The position numbers and the translations under genes were made by a program. From Chitinophagales bacterium (GTDB lineage Bacteria > Bacteroidota > Bacteroidia > Chitinophagales > LD1), in assembly GCA_025057415.1 (NCBI GenBank), contig JANWXI010000001.1:6415-70414 (forward strand): 64,000 nt of DNA. Direction: 5' to 3'. This document shows, piece after piece, positions 1-10,911 of the stretch; within the stretch, counting starts at the first letter, position 1; the number at the start of each line of letters is the position of its first letter. Below the pieces are notes generated by a model that searched no databases, was not told the origin of the DNA, and saw only the letters and a program-made list of their open reading frames with translations.

Positions 1-1443
1 ACTGATGAGGAACTGAAAGAATACTTGAAAAAAAATCCTAAAGTGTTTGAGAAAAACGAGGAGGTGCGCAGGATACAATACGTGTCATTTGACATTGTGC
101 CCTCAGCAGCCGACAGCGCCCGCGTAATTCGCGAACTGGAAGAAAGACGCGCGGAGTTTGCCGCTAAAACCACGGCAGCAGAGGACTCGCTGTTTGTGAA
201 ACTTTATTCCGAAATTCCTTTTGATGATGTATTTTACACAAAGGATGCCATCGTTTCACCGGTGAAGGACTCGTTTTTTACCTTACCTGTACGTTCGCTC
301 ATCGGTCCTTACCTGGACGGCAACTCTTACAAAATCGCAAAAATATCGGACCGCAAGATGATTTCGGACTCGCTCAAAATACGCGAGATTAAAATTTCGT
401 TTTCAGGCGTGAAAACCCAGGAAGAGGCGAATGTGCGCATACAATTGGTGGACAGTATCTTTCGCGCCATTGATTCACTGAAAGCCGATTTTGCCGCCCT
501 GGCAGCCGCATACTCTGACGATGCGCTTTCAAAAGCTCAGGGCGGAGTGGTGGGATGGGTAAAACCCTCCGAGCGCGGTAAAGAATACAGCAATTTTCTC
601 TTTTACCGCGCCGTGAAGGGGAAGTACTACAAATACCCGAGCCAAACCGATAACGCCTGGTACATTGTGCAAATTCTGGAAGATAAACCCTCTAAACAGG
701 GTGTGCAGGTGGCGTACCTGAGCCGCAAAATACTGCCCAGCCAGGAAACGCAAAACACTATTTACGCCAAAGCGGCCGCCTTTGCTGCCGATAACCAGTC
801 GGGGCAGAAATTCACCGAAGCCGCTAAAAAATTAAATGTGCGCACAGCCGAACTTACCAAAGAATCATACACCGTCAACGGGCTGAAAAGCACGATGGCT
901 GTCATCAAGTGGGCATTTGGTGCCAAGCAAGGTGAAGTATCGCCTCCTATTTCTAACGTGGAGCGACACATTGTGGCCTATCTGGAAAGCATCACGCCCA
1001 AAGGGTTGCCCCCGGTAGATGCCGTAAAAGACCTGCTTGTGGCGCGCGTAACGCAGGAGAAAAAATACAGGATACTGGCAAAGAAAATCACCGATGCCGG
1101 CGCAAACAACATAGAAGCCCTCGCCAATAAACTGAACAAGAGCGCTATGGATGCCACGGCAGTTTCCTTTAACAGCGCCAACATTGGCGGCGCCTATGAA
1201 CCCAACGTGGCTGCCGTTGCCGTATCAACCCCCAAGGGCGCAATGAGTAGGCCCATACAGGGGAATATGGGCGTATATGTGGTTCAACCGGTTAATATCA
1301 ACGAACCACAAAAGATTACGGATTACAGTCCATTTGCCGTGACGCTGCAGAACACAGCATCGGGTAAATCGCGTCTAGCCACTGAGGCACTAAAAAAACT
1401 GGCAAACATAAAGGACGAACGGTTTGAGTTTTACAATAACTGA
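1..1443 (+). CDS. Peptidyl-prolyl cis-trans isomerase, PpiD/SurA-like periplasmic chaperone (5' truncated by window edge)
   Basis: Frame is open from base 1. Parvulin-like motif FAALAAAYSDD..SKAQGGVVGW and typical Bacteroidota PpiD C-terminus (SRPIQGNMGVYVV...IKDER). Confidence 0.85.
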   Translation, partial: TDEELKEYLKKNPKVFEKNEEVRRIQYVSFDIVPSAADSARVIRELEERRAEFAAKTTAAEDSLFVKLYSEIPFDDVFYTKDAIVSPVKDSFFTLPVRSLIGPYLDGNSYKIAKISDRKMISDSLKIREIKISFSGVKTQEEANVRIQLVDSIFRAIDSLKADFAALAAAYSDDALSKAQGGVVGWVKPSERGKEYSNFLFYRAVKGKYYKYPSQTDNAWYIVQILEDKPSKQGVQVAYLSRKILPSQETQNTIYAKAAAFAADNQSGQKFTEAAKKLNVRTAELTKESYTVNGLKSTMAVIKWAFGAKQGEVSPPISNVERHIVAYLESITPKGLPPVDAVKDLLVARVTQEKKYRILAKKITDAGANNIEALANKLNKSAMDATAVSFNSANIGGAYEPNVAAVAVSTPKGAMSRPIQGNMGVYVVQPVNINEPQKITDYSPFAVTLQNTASGKSRLATEALKKLANIKDERFEFYNN

Positions 1444-1519
1444 TTTTTCATAAAAAACGTTTACACTTGGTCTGACCTTGGTCAGACCTTGCTATTTTTA
1501 CGTTTTTAATGCGAACGGC

Positions 1520-2029
1520 GTGGAACCTACCCCCATCATCAATAAGGTTGCGCAAAAGTCCATCATCACACTGGACCTGGAGGAGCTAATTCCCCTACCA
1601 GATGAAGTGGCGCACATTGATTTGAAGCAGTTTCTTTATATGGAACTTATCTTGCGCGAGGCAGAATTTCGCCATGCCGTAAAACAAACCGACTGGAAAC
1701 AATACGAACACAAGTACGTCAATATTTACTGCTCTGCAAGCGCCGTTGTGCCGATGTGGGCATATATGGTCATCAGCGCTGAAGTATCGCAGTTTGCCAA
1801 AGATGTGGTGTGCACACCGCCTGAGCACGCAGCCGAGGTGATTATGTACCGCAACATTGCCCGCCTGGATGTGGAGCGCTTCCGCAACCAGCGGGTAGTG
1901 GTAAAAGGATGTGGCGAAAGACAAATTTCAGAAGCCGCTTACGTATATATAGCTCATTTGCTCGCGCCGGTAGTGCGCGCATTGTCGTTTGGAGAGCCAT
2001 GCTCTATGGTGCCTGTTTACAAAAAATAA
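1520..2029 (+). CDS. DUF2480 family protein
   Basis: IINKVAQKSIITLDLEE, CSASAVVPMWAYM, VVVKGCG and FGEPCSMVPVYKK are characteristic. GTG at 1520 chosen as start (ORF track gives 1478). Confidence 0.85.
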   Translation: MEPTPIINKVAQKSIITLDLEELIPLPDEVAHIDLKQFLYMELILREAEFRHAVKQTDWKQYEHKYVNIYCSASAVVPMWAYMVISAEVSQFAKDVVCTPPEHAAEVIMYRNIARLDVERFRNQRVVVKGCGERQISEAAYVYIAHLLAPVVRALSFGEPCSMVPVYKK

Positions 2030-2050
2030 ACCCGGATTACAACACTCCTC

Positions 2051-3010
2051 ATGTTGCGGAAAAAATCAGGACTGTTTGCTGCATTACTTTTAGCACTTGC
2101 TGCGGGTGTAACCTGCGCGGCAATTTTCTATCGCAGCGAAAGCACCGTGCACAACATCTTCAATACTTCTGTCAACGAGGCGCCGGGCATTGAATGGATA
2201 AACCCCGTGGACACCCAACCTCCGTATCGCCCGGTGAGTATTCGCGGAGAACTGTACTTTGCCGGGGAACGTGTACCGTTAGAGGACCCCGATGTGCGCG
2301 AACGCCTCGAACGCGAACTACAACTGAATATTTACTGGCACTCCAATACACTTATGGCCATGAAAAATGCCAACCGCTGGTTTCCCGAAATTGAGAAAAT
2401 ATTACGTGAGCAGGGCGTACCGACCGACTTCAAATACCTCGCTTTAATTGAGAGCGGTTTCCGCCATGAGGTATCTCCCGCAGGAGCCGTGGGGTTTTGG
2501 CAAATCATGCGCGAAACAGGCAAGGCATACGGCCTGCAGATAGACGGTGAGGTGGACGAGCGTTACCACAGCGAAAAGGCGTGCATTGCCGCCTGTAAAA
2601 TCCTCAAGAAAGCTTACGAAGAACTGGGTAATTGGACCATTGCTGCCGCTGCGTACAACCTCGGGCTGGCTAGTATGAAAGCGCGTTGTGCTGACCAAAA
2701 AACAAACAATTTTTACGAAATGTACTTCAACCCCGAAACTTCGCGTTACATATTCAGAATTTTAGCCATGAAAATAATTTTCAACTATCCCGAAAAAGCT
2801 GGTTTTCGCATCGAACCCGAAGACCTGTACCAACCTTACTCATACGAAGTGGTGTATGTTGATACAACCATCCCCAGCATTGCTGACTTTGCCGCGAATT
2901 ATGGCTTAAAGTATAAGCACATAAAACTCCTTAACCCATGGCTGCGCGATGCAAAACTCACCAATAAAGAGCGCAAAAAATATGCGATTCGCATCCTGAA
3001 AACATCCTAG
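2051..3010 (+). CDS. Lytic transglycosylase (SLT/MltD-like)
   Basis: KYLALIESG (catalytic Glu), SPAGAVGFWQIM, AAAAYNLG and ETSRY motifs; N-terminal signal/anchor. Confidence 0.9.
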   Translation: MLRKKSGLFAALLLALAAGVTCAAIFYRSESTVHNIFNTSVNEAPGIEWINPVDTQPPYRPVSIRGELYFAGERVPLEDPDVRERLERELQLNIYWHSNTLMAMKNANRWFPEIEKILREQGVPTDFKYLALIESGFRHEVSPAGAVGFWQIMRETGKAYGLQIDGEVDERYHSEKACIAACKILKKAYEELGNWTIAAAAYNLGLASMKARCADQKTNNFYEMYFNPETSRYIFRILAMKIIFNYPEKAGFRIEPEDLYQPYSYEVVYVDTTIPSIADFAANYGLKYKHIKLLNPWLRDAKLTNKERKKYAIRILKTS

Positions 3011-3014
3011 CAGG

Positions 3015-3045
3015 TTTGTAAAACAATTCGGTTATATTACATTTG
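3015..3045 (+). promoter_or_regulatory. Bacteroidota housekeeping sigma promoter for tRNA-Phe
   Basis: TTTG (3015-3018), 19-nt spacer, TACATTTG (3038-3045): matches the -33/-7 consensus TTTG-N19-21-TAnnTTTG. Confidence 0.7.
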
Positions 3046-3131
3046 CACCTTCGCTTTTTTGAACGTTCGGCAAAAGGTGCACGCTCACAGACCAATCGCT
3101 TTTTCTGTGGCTACACAGTAATGCCATTCCT

Positions 3132-3204
3132 GGTGCGGTAGCTCAGTTGGTAGAGCAAAGGACTGAAAATCCTTGTGTCGGGGGTTCGATTCCCCCCCAC
3201 ACCA
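3132..3204 (+). tRNA. tRNA-Phe(GAA)
   Basis: Cloverleaf GGTGCGG TA GCTC AGTTGGTA GAGC A AAGGA CTGAAAA TCCTT GTGTC GGGGG TTCGATT CCCCC CCACACC A. CCA not encoded; one C.A mismatch in the acceptor stem. Confidence 0.95.
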
Positions 3205-3218
3205 CAAGAAAACACTCC

Positions 3219-3256
3219 TCCGTCTGAGAACATCCTCTTCTCAGACGGATTTTTTT
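3219..3256 (+). terminator. Intrinsic terminator after tRNA-Phe
   Basis: 12-bp stem TCCGTCTGAGAA / TTCTCAGACGGA followed by a T run. Confidence 0.85.
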
Positions 3257-3398
3257 GCCTTACGGGCTTGACATCACCGCCTCCTTTGCCATGCACAAGC
3301 AGCAAATCAGACCTTAATTACGCACTACTACAATTAGCCGAATGGTGCACAAAGCTACCAACCCGCGATTGTGTATATTTGCCCCCCAATCATCACTC

Positions 3399-4277
3399 GT
3401 GCCCCGGCGCATAGTTACTACCGAAAACAAAAACCTGAAAAACAAATACAGGTTTGTGCTTCTCAACGATGAAACCTTCGAAGAGAAATTCTCACTCATT
3501 CTCACCCGTACCAACGCTTTACTCTTTGCCGGCATACTCGCTTTTACGCTCATTTTTCTGACGGCCGTTGCTATCATTTATACCCCACTCAAATACTTCA
3601 TCCCCGGCTTTGGTGATTACAACTACCGCAGCGAAATCATCCGCCTCCAGTCCGAAGCCGACTCACTCGAATCGCACCTCGAAGCCCGCGAACTTTGGCT
3701 CAATAACCTCTTAATGGTACTCTCCGACTCCATAAAACCGGCGCGCCATACATCCAAACCCCCTCCTGCCGAAATTGACATCTCTAAAATTGACCTGCTC
3801 GAAACCAACGCAGCCGATAAAGACCTTCGCAAAGAAATCGAAGCAGAAGAAAGTTTTTCCCTGAGTATAGTGCCCCCGCTGGGCAACCCTGCTGTTGAAG
3901 AAATAAAACTAATGCATCTGTTGCCGCCTGTACAGGGTTACATCACCGAAGAGTTTAATTCATCACGCGAACACCTCGGTATTGACATTGCCGTAAAACA
4001 AGGCGAACCTGTAAAAGCCACCTGCGACGGTAGCGTGGTAAATGCTACTTACTCTGTTACCGAAGGATACGTTATTGCCCTTCAGCACAAAAACAACCTG
4101 CTTTCTGTTTACAAACACAACGCCCGGTTGCTCAAAAAAACCGGAGATGCCGTAAAAGCAGGCGATGTAATCGGTTTTGCGGGTAATACCGGTGAAACCA
4201 GCACAGGTCCACACCTGCATTTTGAACTATGGCACGAGGGGCGTGCTTTGAACCCTCGCGATTATATCCTATTTTAG
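3399..4277 (+). CDS. M23 family metallopeptidase with N-terminal TM and coiled coil
   Basis: HLGID (HxxxD), YKHN and STGPHLHFELW (HxH). GTG 3399 lies just downstream of the promoter-like TATATTTG at 3374-3381. Confidence 0.9.
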   Translation: MPRRIVTTENKNLKNKYRFVLLNDETFEEKFSLILTRTNALLFAGILAFTLIFLTAVAIIYTPLKYFIPGFGDYNYRSEIIRLQSEADSLESHLEARELWLNNLLMVLSDSIKPARHTSKPPPAEIDISKIDLLETNAADKDLRKEIEAEESFSLSIVPPLGNPAVEEIKLMHLLPPVQGYITEEFNSSREHLGIDIAVKQGEPVKATCDGSVVNATYSVTEGYVIALQHKNNLLSVYKHNARLLKKTGDAVKAGDVIGFAGNTGETSTGPHLHFELWHEGRALNPRDYILF

Positions 4278-4305
4278 CGCAAACCCAACTAAAAACCCAC
4301 TCATA

Positions 4306-4719
4306 ATGTTTGGCAAAAAATCTGAAAAAACAACCGGCCCTAACCTGATGACCCAATTCAGCCAGGGCACCCTCGTAACCGGTGACGTAAGCACCGAAGG
4401 CGACATCCGCATCGATGGCAAAGTCAACGGCAATGTCACCTCCAAATCCAAAGTCGTCCTTGGGCAGAGCGGCTGCATCACCGGTGATGTGTGCTGCCAA
4501 AATGCTTACATTGACGGCCGCATCGATGGCAATTTAGAAGTAGCAGAACTTCTCATCCTCAGCTCCAACGCCGTGGTAGCGGGCGACATCCGCATCAAAA
4601 AATTAGTCGTGCAGGAAGGCGCCGTATTCTCCGGCCGTTGCATGATGGGCATGAGCGTCACCCACAATCAAAACACCGAAAAACACGTCACCGCCCAGCA
4701 ACAAACCGCCTCGGCTTAG
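4306..4719 (+). CDS. Bactofilin (polymer-forming cytoskeletal protein, CcmA family)
   Basis: GTLVTGDV..EGDIRIDGKVNGNV...GCITGDV..AYIDGRIDGNL...AGDI..KKLVVQEGAVFSG beta-helix repeats. Confidence 0.9.
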   Translation: MFGKKSEKTTGPNLMTQFSQGTLVTGDVSTEGDIRIDGKVNGNVTSKSKVVLGQSGCITGDVCCQNAYIDGRIDGNLEVAELLILSSNAVVAGDIRIKKLVVQEGAVFSGRCMMGMSVTHNQNTEKHVTAQQQTASA

Positions 4720-4731
4720 CCCCCTACCGCC

Positions 4732-4941
4732 ATGAACCCCCGGCAACCCCGCTTCGCCAATGCCCTCAAATACTCCGGTCTGGGCTTCCAAATCATCGCC
4801 ACAGCGCTGCTGGGCTTCTTCATCGGCCACAAATGCGACCAATGGCTTGGTAACCACCAACCCTACCTAACCCTGCTCATCTCTGTGCTCTTCCTCGTAG
4901 CCGGTCTCTACCATGTCGTGAAAACCATATCAAAATCCTGA
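4732..4941 (+). CDS. AtpZ/AtpI family small membrane protein
   Basis: KYSGLGFQI...G..(C)D.WL..PY plus two TM helices, typical of the Bacteroidota AtpZ/AtpI family. Confidence 0.75.
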   Translation: MNPRQPRFANALKYSGLGFQIIATALLGFFIGHKCDQWLGNHQPYLTLLISVLFLVAGLYHVVKTISKS

Positions 4942-5017
4942 GACGCCGCGCGCCGGCATAATTCCCTCGGGCGCCCCGCAATCCCTGGCTGATATACATT
5001 GCTGAGTTTTTGTTTTT

Positions 5018-5193
5018 GGGGGGTGCCCCCGCTGCCAAGCGCTGCAAGGCAGCGGGGTCGGGCTTGCTACGGGGTACGCAGCCGCTCCCGCCCCGCCCGC
5101 AATATCTTTAATTTTACATGGAGCGGGCGGGGCCGCTTCCCCCGCCCTTCTACGGCGGGCGGGGAGAAGCGCCCTCCGCATCCCTCACCCGGC
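5018..5193 (-). repeat. Structured intergenic element, copy 1 (long variant); REP/MITE- or ncRNA-like
   Basis: On the - strand it starts GCCGGGTGAGGGATGC and ends AGCCCGACCCCGCTGCCTTGCAGCGCTTGGCAGCGGGGGCACCCCC, shared with copies at 27663 and 56837. The middle has different hairpins (CCCCGCCCGC/GCGGGCGGGG). Confidence 0.9.
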
Positions 5194-5280
5194 TTGCGCT
5201 ACACCCCGCTACGCTCTCAAATGCAAAAAAACACCCCTAAAACTTGCTTTATAAAAACTCTTTATATATTCGTTTTTTAA

Positions 5281-6795
<1,515 letters not shown>

Positions 6796-6948
6796 CCTCG
6801 CCTGCCATTCCTTTCAGCCACATAATAGTACAACCCTTGCCGTTTTCCCTCAATAACCGGAAAGTAATTTCACCCTGCCTTTACATGCACTGTCTAATCC
6901 CGAGTTATGATATGGTAAATCAGATAAAACTAAGTAGCTAAGCTATTT

Positions 6949-7173
6949 TTACTCTGCGTCTTTTTTAGCTGCTTTTTTAGCTGCTTTTTTAGCAGGAGCT
7001 TTTTTAGTAGTTGTTGTTGGGGCTTTTTCTGTTTTGGGTTTGGTAGTTTTTGTCTTACGTGTAGTTTTAGCAGTTGCCTCTTGTTGTGATTTTTTTACCC
7101 TGCGGCGCCGTGAGTTACCGTAAGAACCTTTAAATATTTTTCCTCTGCGTGTACGTTTGTCGCCTTTTCCCAT
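6949..7173 (-). CDS. 30S ribosomal protein bTHX with Lys/Ala/Thr-rich C-terminal tail
   Basis: MGKGDKRTRRGKIFKGSYG is the THX signature. Confidence 0.9.
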   Translation of the reverse strand: MGKGDKRTRRGKIFKGSYGNSRRRRVKKSQQEATAKTTRKTKTTKPKTEKAPTTTTKKAPAKKAAKKAAKKDAE

Positions 7174-7218
7174 AACGTTTGATTATTGAAACGAGGCACG
7201 AATGTAGAAAAACTTGCG

Positions 7219-8157
7219 TTACGTGCAACCGTCTTTCTCGGTAATGCTCTCGCGTGCGTAATAACCGGTACCATCGTATTCGCGCCGTCTGGGCGCCTGC
7301 ATACACTCATCTGAGCAACAACCGAGCATTTTCCATCCGCAATCTTCGCAAAGCACAAAATGTTCGTTGCAATCAGCATTCGCGCAATTTACCATGCGCG
7401 CGCTGGGCTTTTCACAAATCCGGCAGGTAGAAATAATAGTCGGATTTACCCTGTTAACATCCACCACTACCCGATTGTCAAATACATATAACTTGCCCTC
7501 AAAATCCTTACCCCCGGTTTCCTTGGCGTATTTTACAATGCCCCCCTCTACCTGATACACATGTTTAAACCCGTTTTGCAGTAAAAAACCGCTGGCTTTT
7601 TCACACTTGATGCCGCCGGTGCAGTACGTCACAATTTTTTTGTCTTTCAGATGCTCAAGGTTGCGCAGTTGTTGCGGAAATTCACGAAAGTTATCAATGT
7701 CTAAACAAACAGCGTTTTTAAAACGCCCGATGTTACTCTCATAGTTAGAGCGTACATCTAAAAATACCACATCATCCTGCGTAAGCATCTCCAGTACTTC
7801 GTGTGGTTTGAGGTGTACTCCGGTGGTGCGGTTGGGATCCACCTGGCGTATGCCGCGCAAGCTGCTGTGTACTATCTCGGGTTTCACCCGCACATACAAC
7901 CGCTCAAACGATGGTCTGTCTACCTCATCAATTTTGAAATCTATGCCGGCAAACATCGGCTGGCTTAGCACATGCTCCATGTACTTTTTACACTGCACAA
8001 CCGTACCCGATACCGTGCCGTTAAGGCCCTCACCGGCTACAATAATGCGTCCCACTATTCCGAGTCGTTCGCAAAACACCTTATGGTGCTGCGCAAATTC
8101 CTCCGGATTTGGAATAGTCGTGTACTTGTAGTAAAGAAGTGTTTGATAGGGTTTCAT
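7219..8157 (-). CDS. trhO: tRNA uridine(34) hydroxylase TrhO (YceA/UPF0176 rhodanese family)
   Basis: LLYYKY, GRIIVAGEGLNGT, YCTGGIKCEKA, GKLYVFDNR and a C-terminal Cys cluster. ATG 8157 follows promoter-like TATCTTTG (8179-8186, -). Confidence 0.88.
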   Translation of the reverse strand: MKPYQTLLYYKYTTIPNPEEFAQHHKVFCERLGIVGRIIVAGEGLNGTVSGTVVQCKKYMEHVLSQPMFAGIDFKIDEVDRPSFERLYVRVKPEIVHSSLRGIRQVDPNRTTGVHLKPHEVLEMLTQDDVVFLDVRSNYESNIGRFKNAVCLDIDNFREFPQQLRNLEHLKDKKIVTYCTGGIKCEKASGFLLQNGFKHVYQVEGGIVKYAKETGGKDFEGKLYVFDNRVVVDVNRVNPTIISTCRICEKPSARMVNCANADCNEHFVLCEDCGWKMLGCCSDECMQAPRRREYDGTGYYARESITEKDGCT

Positions 8158-8276
8158 ATACCGGAACCCGTGCCGCGGCAAAGATACACATTACGCTCTG
8201 TAATTGTAAAACTGTGTTACACGATGGCTATCATCCCGTTAAGCCCGATTTACATTCAGCAGGCAAGATTTAGCGG

Positions 8277-9539
8277 TTATTTAAATCGCATGCTGAGCAA
8301 GGTGATGTCATCATCAAAATCCATATCCTGCTTGTAAGTAATTACGTGGTTGATGAGTTTGGTGTGGAGCTCTGTGATGGGGAGAGTTGCATGCTGCTGA
8401 ATGAAATCGATAATGCCTTTTATGTCAAACAGCTTTCCTTCATTGTTCATGGCTTCTGAAAGACCGTCCGTGTAATTTACGAGCAAATCGCCCGGATGCA
8501 GGTCTATCTCTCCGATGTTGATGTACGGCAGGTTGTCAAACATGCCCAATATAGTGCAACCTTTATCTAATAGTTGTGCCTCTCCGTTGCTGAACAGCAG
8601 TGAGGGATTATGACCTGCGTTGATATATTGCAGTTGTCGCGTTTTGAAATGATAGATGCCTACAAAAAGCGTAATGAATTTTTCTCCTTTGGTAATTTCA
8701 CATACTTTGGCATTCAGTACTTCAATAAAATTTTGCAAGGAGTAGCGCCGCGTGAGCAATATGCGCATATTGGCTTGAAAATTTGCCATGAGAATGGCTG
8801 CGGGAATACCCTTACCGGATATATCGCTGATACAAAAAGCAATCTCATCAGGGCTTATCTGAATAAAATCGTAATAATCGCCACCGATGTTTTTGTGCGG
8901 TTTGTAAAAAGCACCTACCTCAATGGCTTCGTTGTTGGGCAAATTGGTGGGCACTAATAGATTTTGCATATCGGCAGCCAGCTTAAGTTCCTTTTGCATC
9001 ATAAGCTGCTCTAACTGGTTTTTGAAAAGCTTTTTATTCTCGTTGGCAACTACTATTACATTGGTAATAGTTTGTATAAACTTGAGTTTTTCCTCTTTAG
9101 TGTCGCTGCTTTCAGCACCAAAAGACCCGATTAATGCATAGCCCACCGGTTCCTTTTTGTGCAACACCGGAATGATTAGTTCAAAATCTGCAAGCGTACT
9201 GTCTTGCAGCGAGGCAACAGGTGTAATGTAACTGAGATTGACGAGTTTAGCATTTACATCGTAGTTTACTACAGAGGCGGGTAACTCTCCGGGAGTAATA
9301 CACGCCCACAAATCGTCTTTGTCTTTGATAAACAGCGCTACTTTCTTTACGCCCAGTTGTGCATGCAGAATATTTTCATAAATGCGCGCCAATGCCGTGA
9401 TGGGCATATTGTTATTAACGGCTCGTGTAATTTCGAGCAGCGAATCAATTTGCTGTTGCTTAATGGCAAGGAGACGCTCCGTAAAACTCAAGCGCTTCTT
9501 GAAAAAATCAAGTTCTGAAAAAGGGTGCTGGCCTGACAT
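8277..9539 (-). CDS. PP2C/SpoIIE-family serine phosphatase (RsbU-like) with GAF-like N-terminus
   Basis: IGGDYYDF, ISDISGKG, YINAGHN, YTDGLSEA and DDITLL motifs. Confidence 0.9.
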   Translation of the reverse strand: MSGQHPFSELDFFKKRLSFTERLLAIKQQQIDSLLEITRAVNNNMPITALARIYENILHAQLGVKKVALFIKDKDDLWACITPGELPASVVNYDVNAKLVNLSYITPVASLQDSTLADFELIIPVLHKKEPVGYALIGSFGAESSDTKEEKLKFIQTITNVIVVANENKKLFKNQLEQLMMQKELKLAADMQNLLVPTNLPNNEAIEVGAFYKPHKNIGGDYYDFIQISPDEIAFCISDISGKGIPAAILMANFQANMRILLTRRYSLQNFIEVLNAKVCEITKGEKFITLFVGIYHFKTRQLQYINAGHNPSLLFSNGEAQLLDKGCTILGMFDNLPYINIGEIDLHPGDLLVNYTDGLSEAMNNEGKLFDIKGIIDFIQQHATLPITELHTKLINHVITYKQDMDFDDDITLLSMRFK

Positions 9540-9657
9540 GACGCGACCGTACAAAGTAAGTAAATATACGTAAAAATGCCATCTGTTGGTACGAATCAAT
9601 AAGCGCGCCGGAACACACTGCTCCGGCAGCCACAAACCTGCCGGCAGGATTTATGAT

Positions 9658-10911
9658 TCACACCTCAACATATTCCAGGTCTTTGCCATACGTCTCGGCT
9701 GAATAGTAAACAGCCAGTAACGGAACTGCTATGCACAGCGCCGCAACCACGGCAGCAGATTGCAGGGGAGGCAATAAGGTTTGTAGTCCTTTGTACAGCA
9801 ACATCAGCACAGGAAGCGAGCCGCGGATAAAATTGGGTACGGTAGTAGCAACCGTGTTACGCAGGTTAGTACCAAACTGCTCGGCGGCATTGGTGACCAC
9901 CACTGCCCAAAAACCCGTACCAAAACCAATGAGCGTGATTATCGCATAAAAGTAAGCCGCGCTGGCGCCGCGCGCTGTGAAGTAAAGCACAAAACCTAAC
10001 GCTGTGATAAGGAGAAACGAGACAAGGGCTTTGCGGCGGCTGCGGAGTATTTGGCTAAGATAACCCGCCGCAAAATCACCCACTGTAATGCCGGAGTATG
10101 CATACATGATAGCAATGCCCGACTCTACAGTGCCACGCACGCCTAACTGCTCAGCAAAGCTCTGACAAAAAGTTACCAGCACACCTATACTAAACCAAGT
10201 TGGTAACCCCACCAGTACACAACGCAGGTAGCGCAGGAAACGCTCCCGGTCAGTGAAAAGTTTTAAGAAATTACCCCGCTCTACATGCTGCGACACCAGG
10301 TTGGTAAACATACCCGACTCATACACTCCTATGCGCATGATCAGCAGCGCCAAACCCAACGCGCCGCCAATAAAGTAGCAGGTGCGCCATGCGCTGATGT
10401 CCTGCCCGTTATCACTCAGCACCCGCCACATCATCGAAGCAAACACAGCGCCTGATACACCCACGGCAGCTACCAGCATGGTGCCCCAGCCGCGCTTTTC
10501 TTTGGGCAATGATTCAGCAACCAGCGTGATGCCTGCTCCCAGTTCACCCGCCAACCCTATACCGGCAATAAAACGCAACAGCCCATATTGCCACACTTCG
10601 TCAATAAAACCGTTCAGTATGTTGGCAAGCGAATACGTAACGATGGACCCAAAAAGTACAGAGAGCCGTCCGCGCTTGTCGCCCATTACACCCCACAGGA
10701 TGCCCCCCAGCAACAAGCCGGTCATTTGAATGTTGATGAGCATTTCACCGGTGGGCACCAAAGCATCGGGCGATATGCCGATGTCTTTTAAACTCGGTTT
10801 CCAAACTACGCTAAAGAGAAGAAGGTCGTAGATATCTACAAAGTAGCCCAGCGCAGCAACAATTACGGCAGAGGTAAAAATAGAGCGGGCATGCTGTATT
10901 TTTTCCTTCAT
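9658..10911 (-). CDS. MFS transporter
   Basis: About 12 hydrophobic segments, motif A G.MGDKRGR, and EQFGTNLR. Confidence 0.9.
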   Translation of the reverse strand: MKEKIQHARSIFTSAVIVAALGYFVDIYDLLLFSVVWKPSLKDIGISPDALVPTGEMLINIQMTGLLLGGILWGVMGDKRGRLSVLFGSIVTYSLANILNGFIDEVWQYGLLRFIAGIGLAGELGAGITLVAESLPKEKRGWGTMLVAAVGVSGAVFASMMWRVLSDNGQDISAWRTCYFIGGALGLALLIMRIGVYESGMFTNLVSQHVERGNFLKLFTDRERFLRYLRCVLVGLPTWFSIGVLVTFCQSFAEQLGVRGTVESGIAIMYAYSGITVGDFAAGYLSQILRSRRKALVSFLLITALGFVLYFTARGASAAYFYAIITLIGFGTGFWAVVVTNAAEQFGTNLRNTVATTVPNFIRGSLPVLMLLYKGLQTLLPPLQSAAVVAALCIAVPLLAVYYSAETYGKDLEYVEV

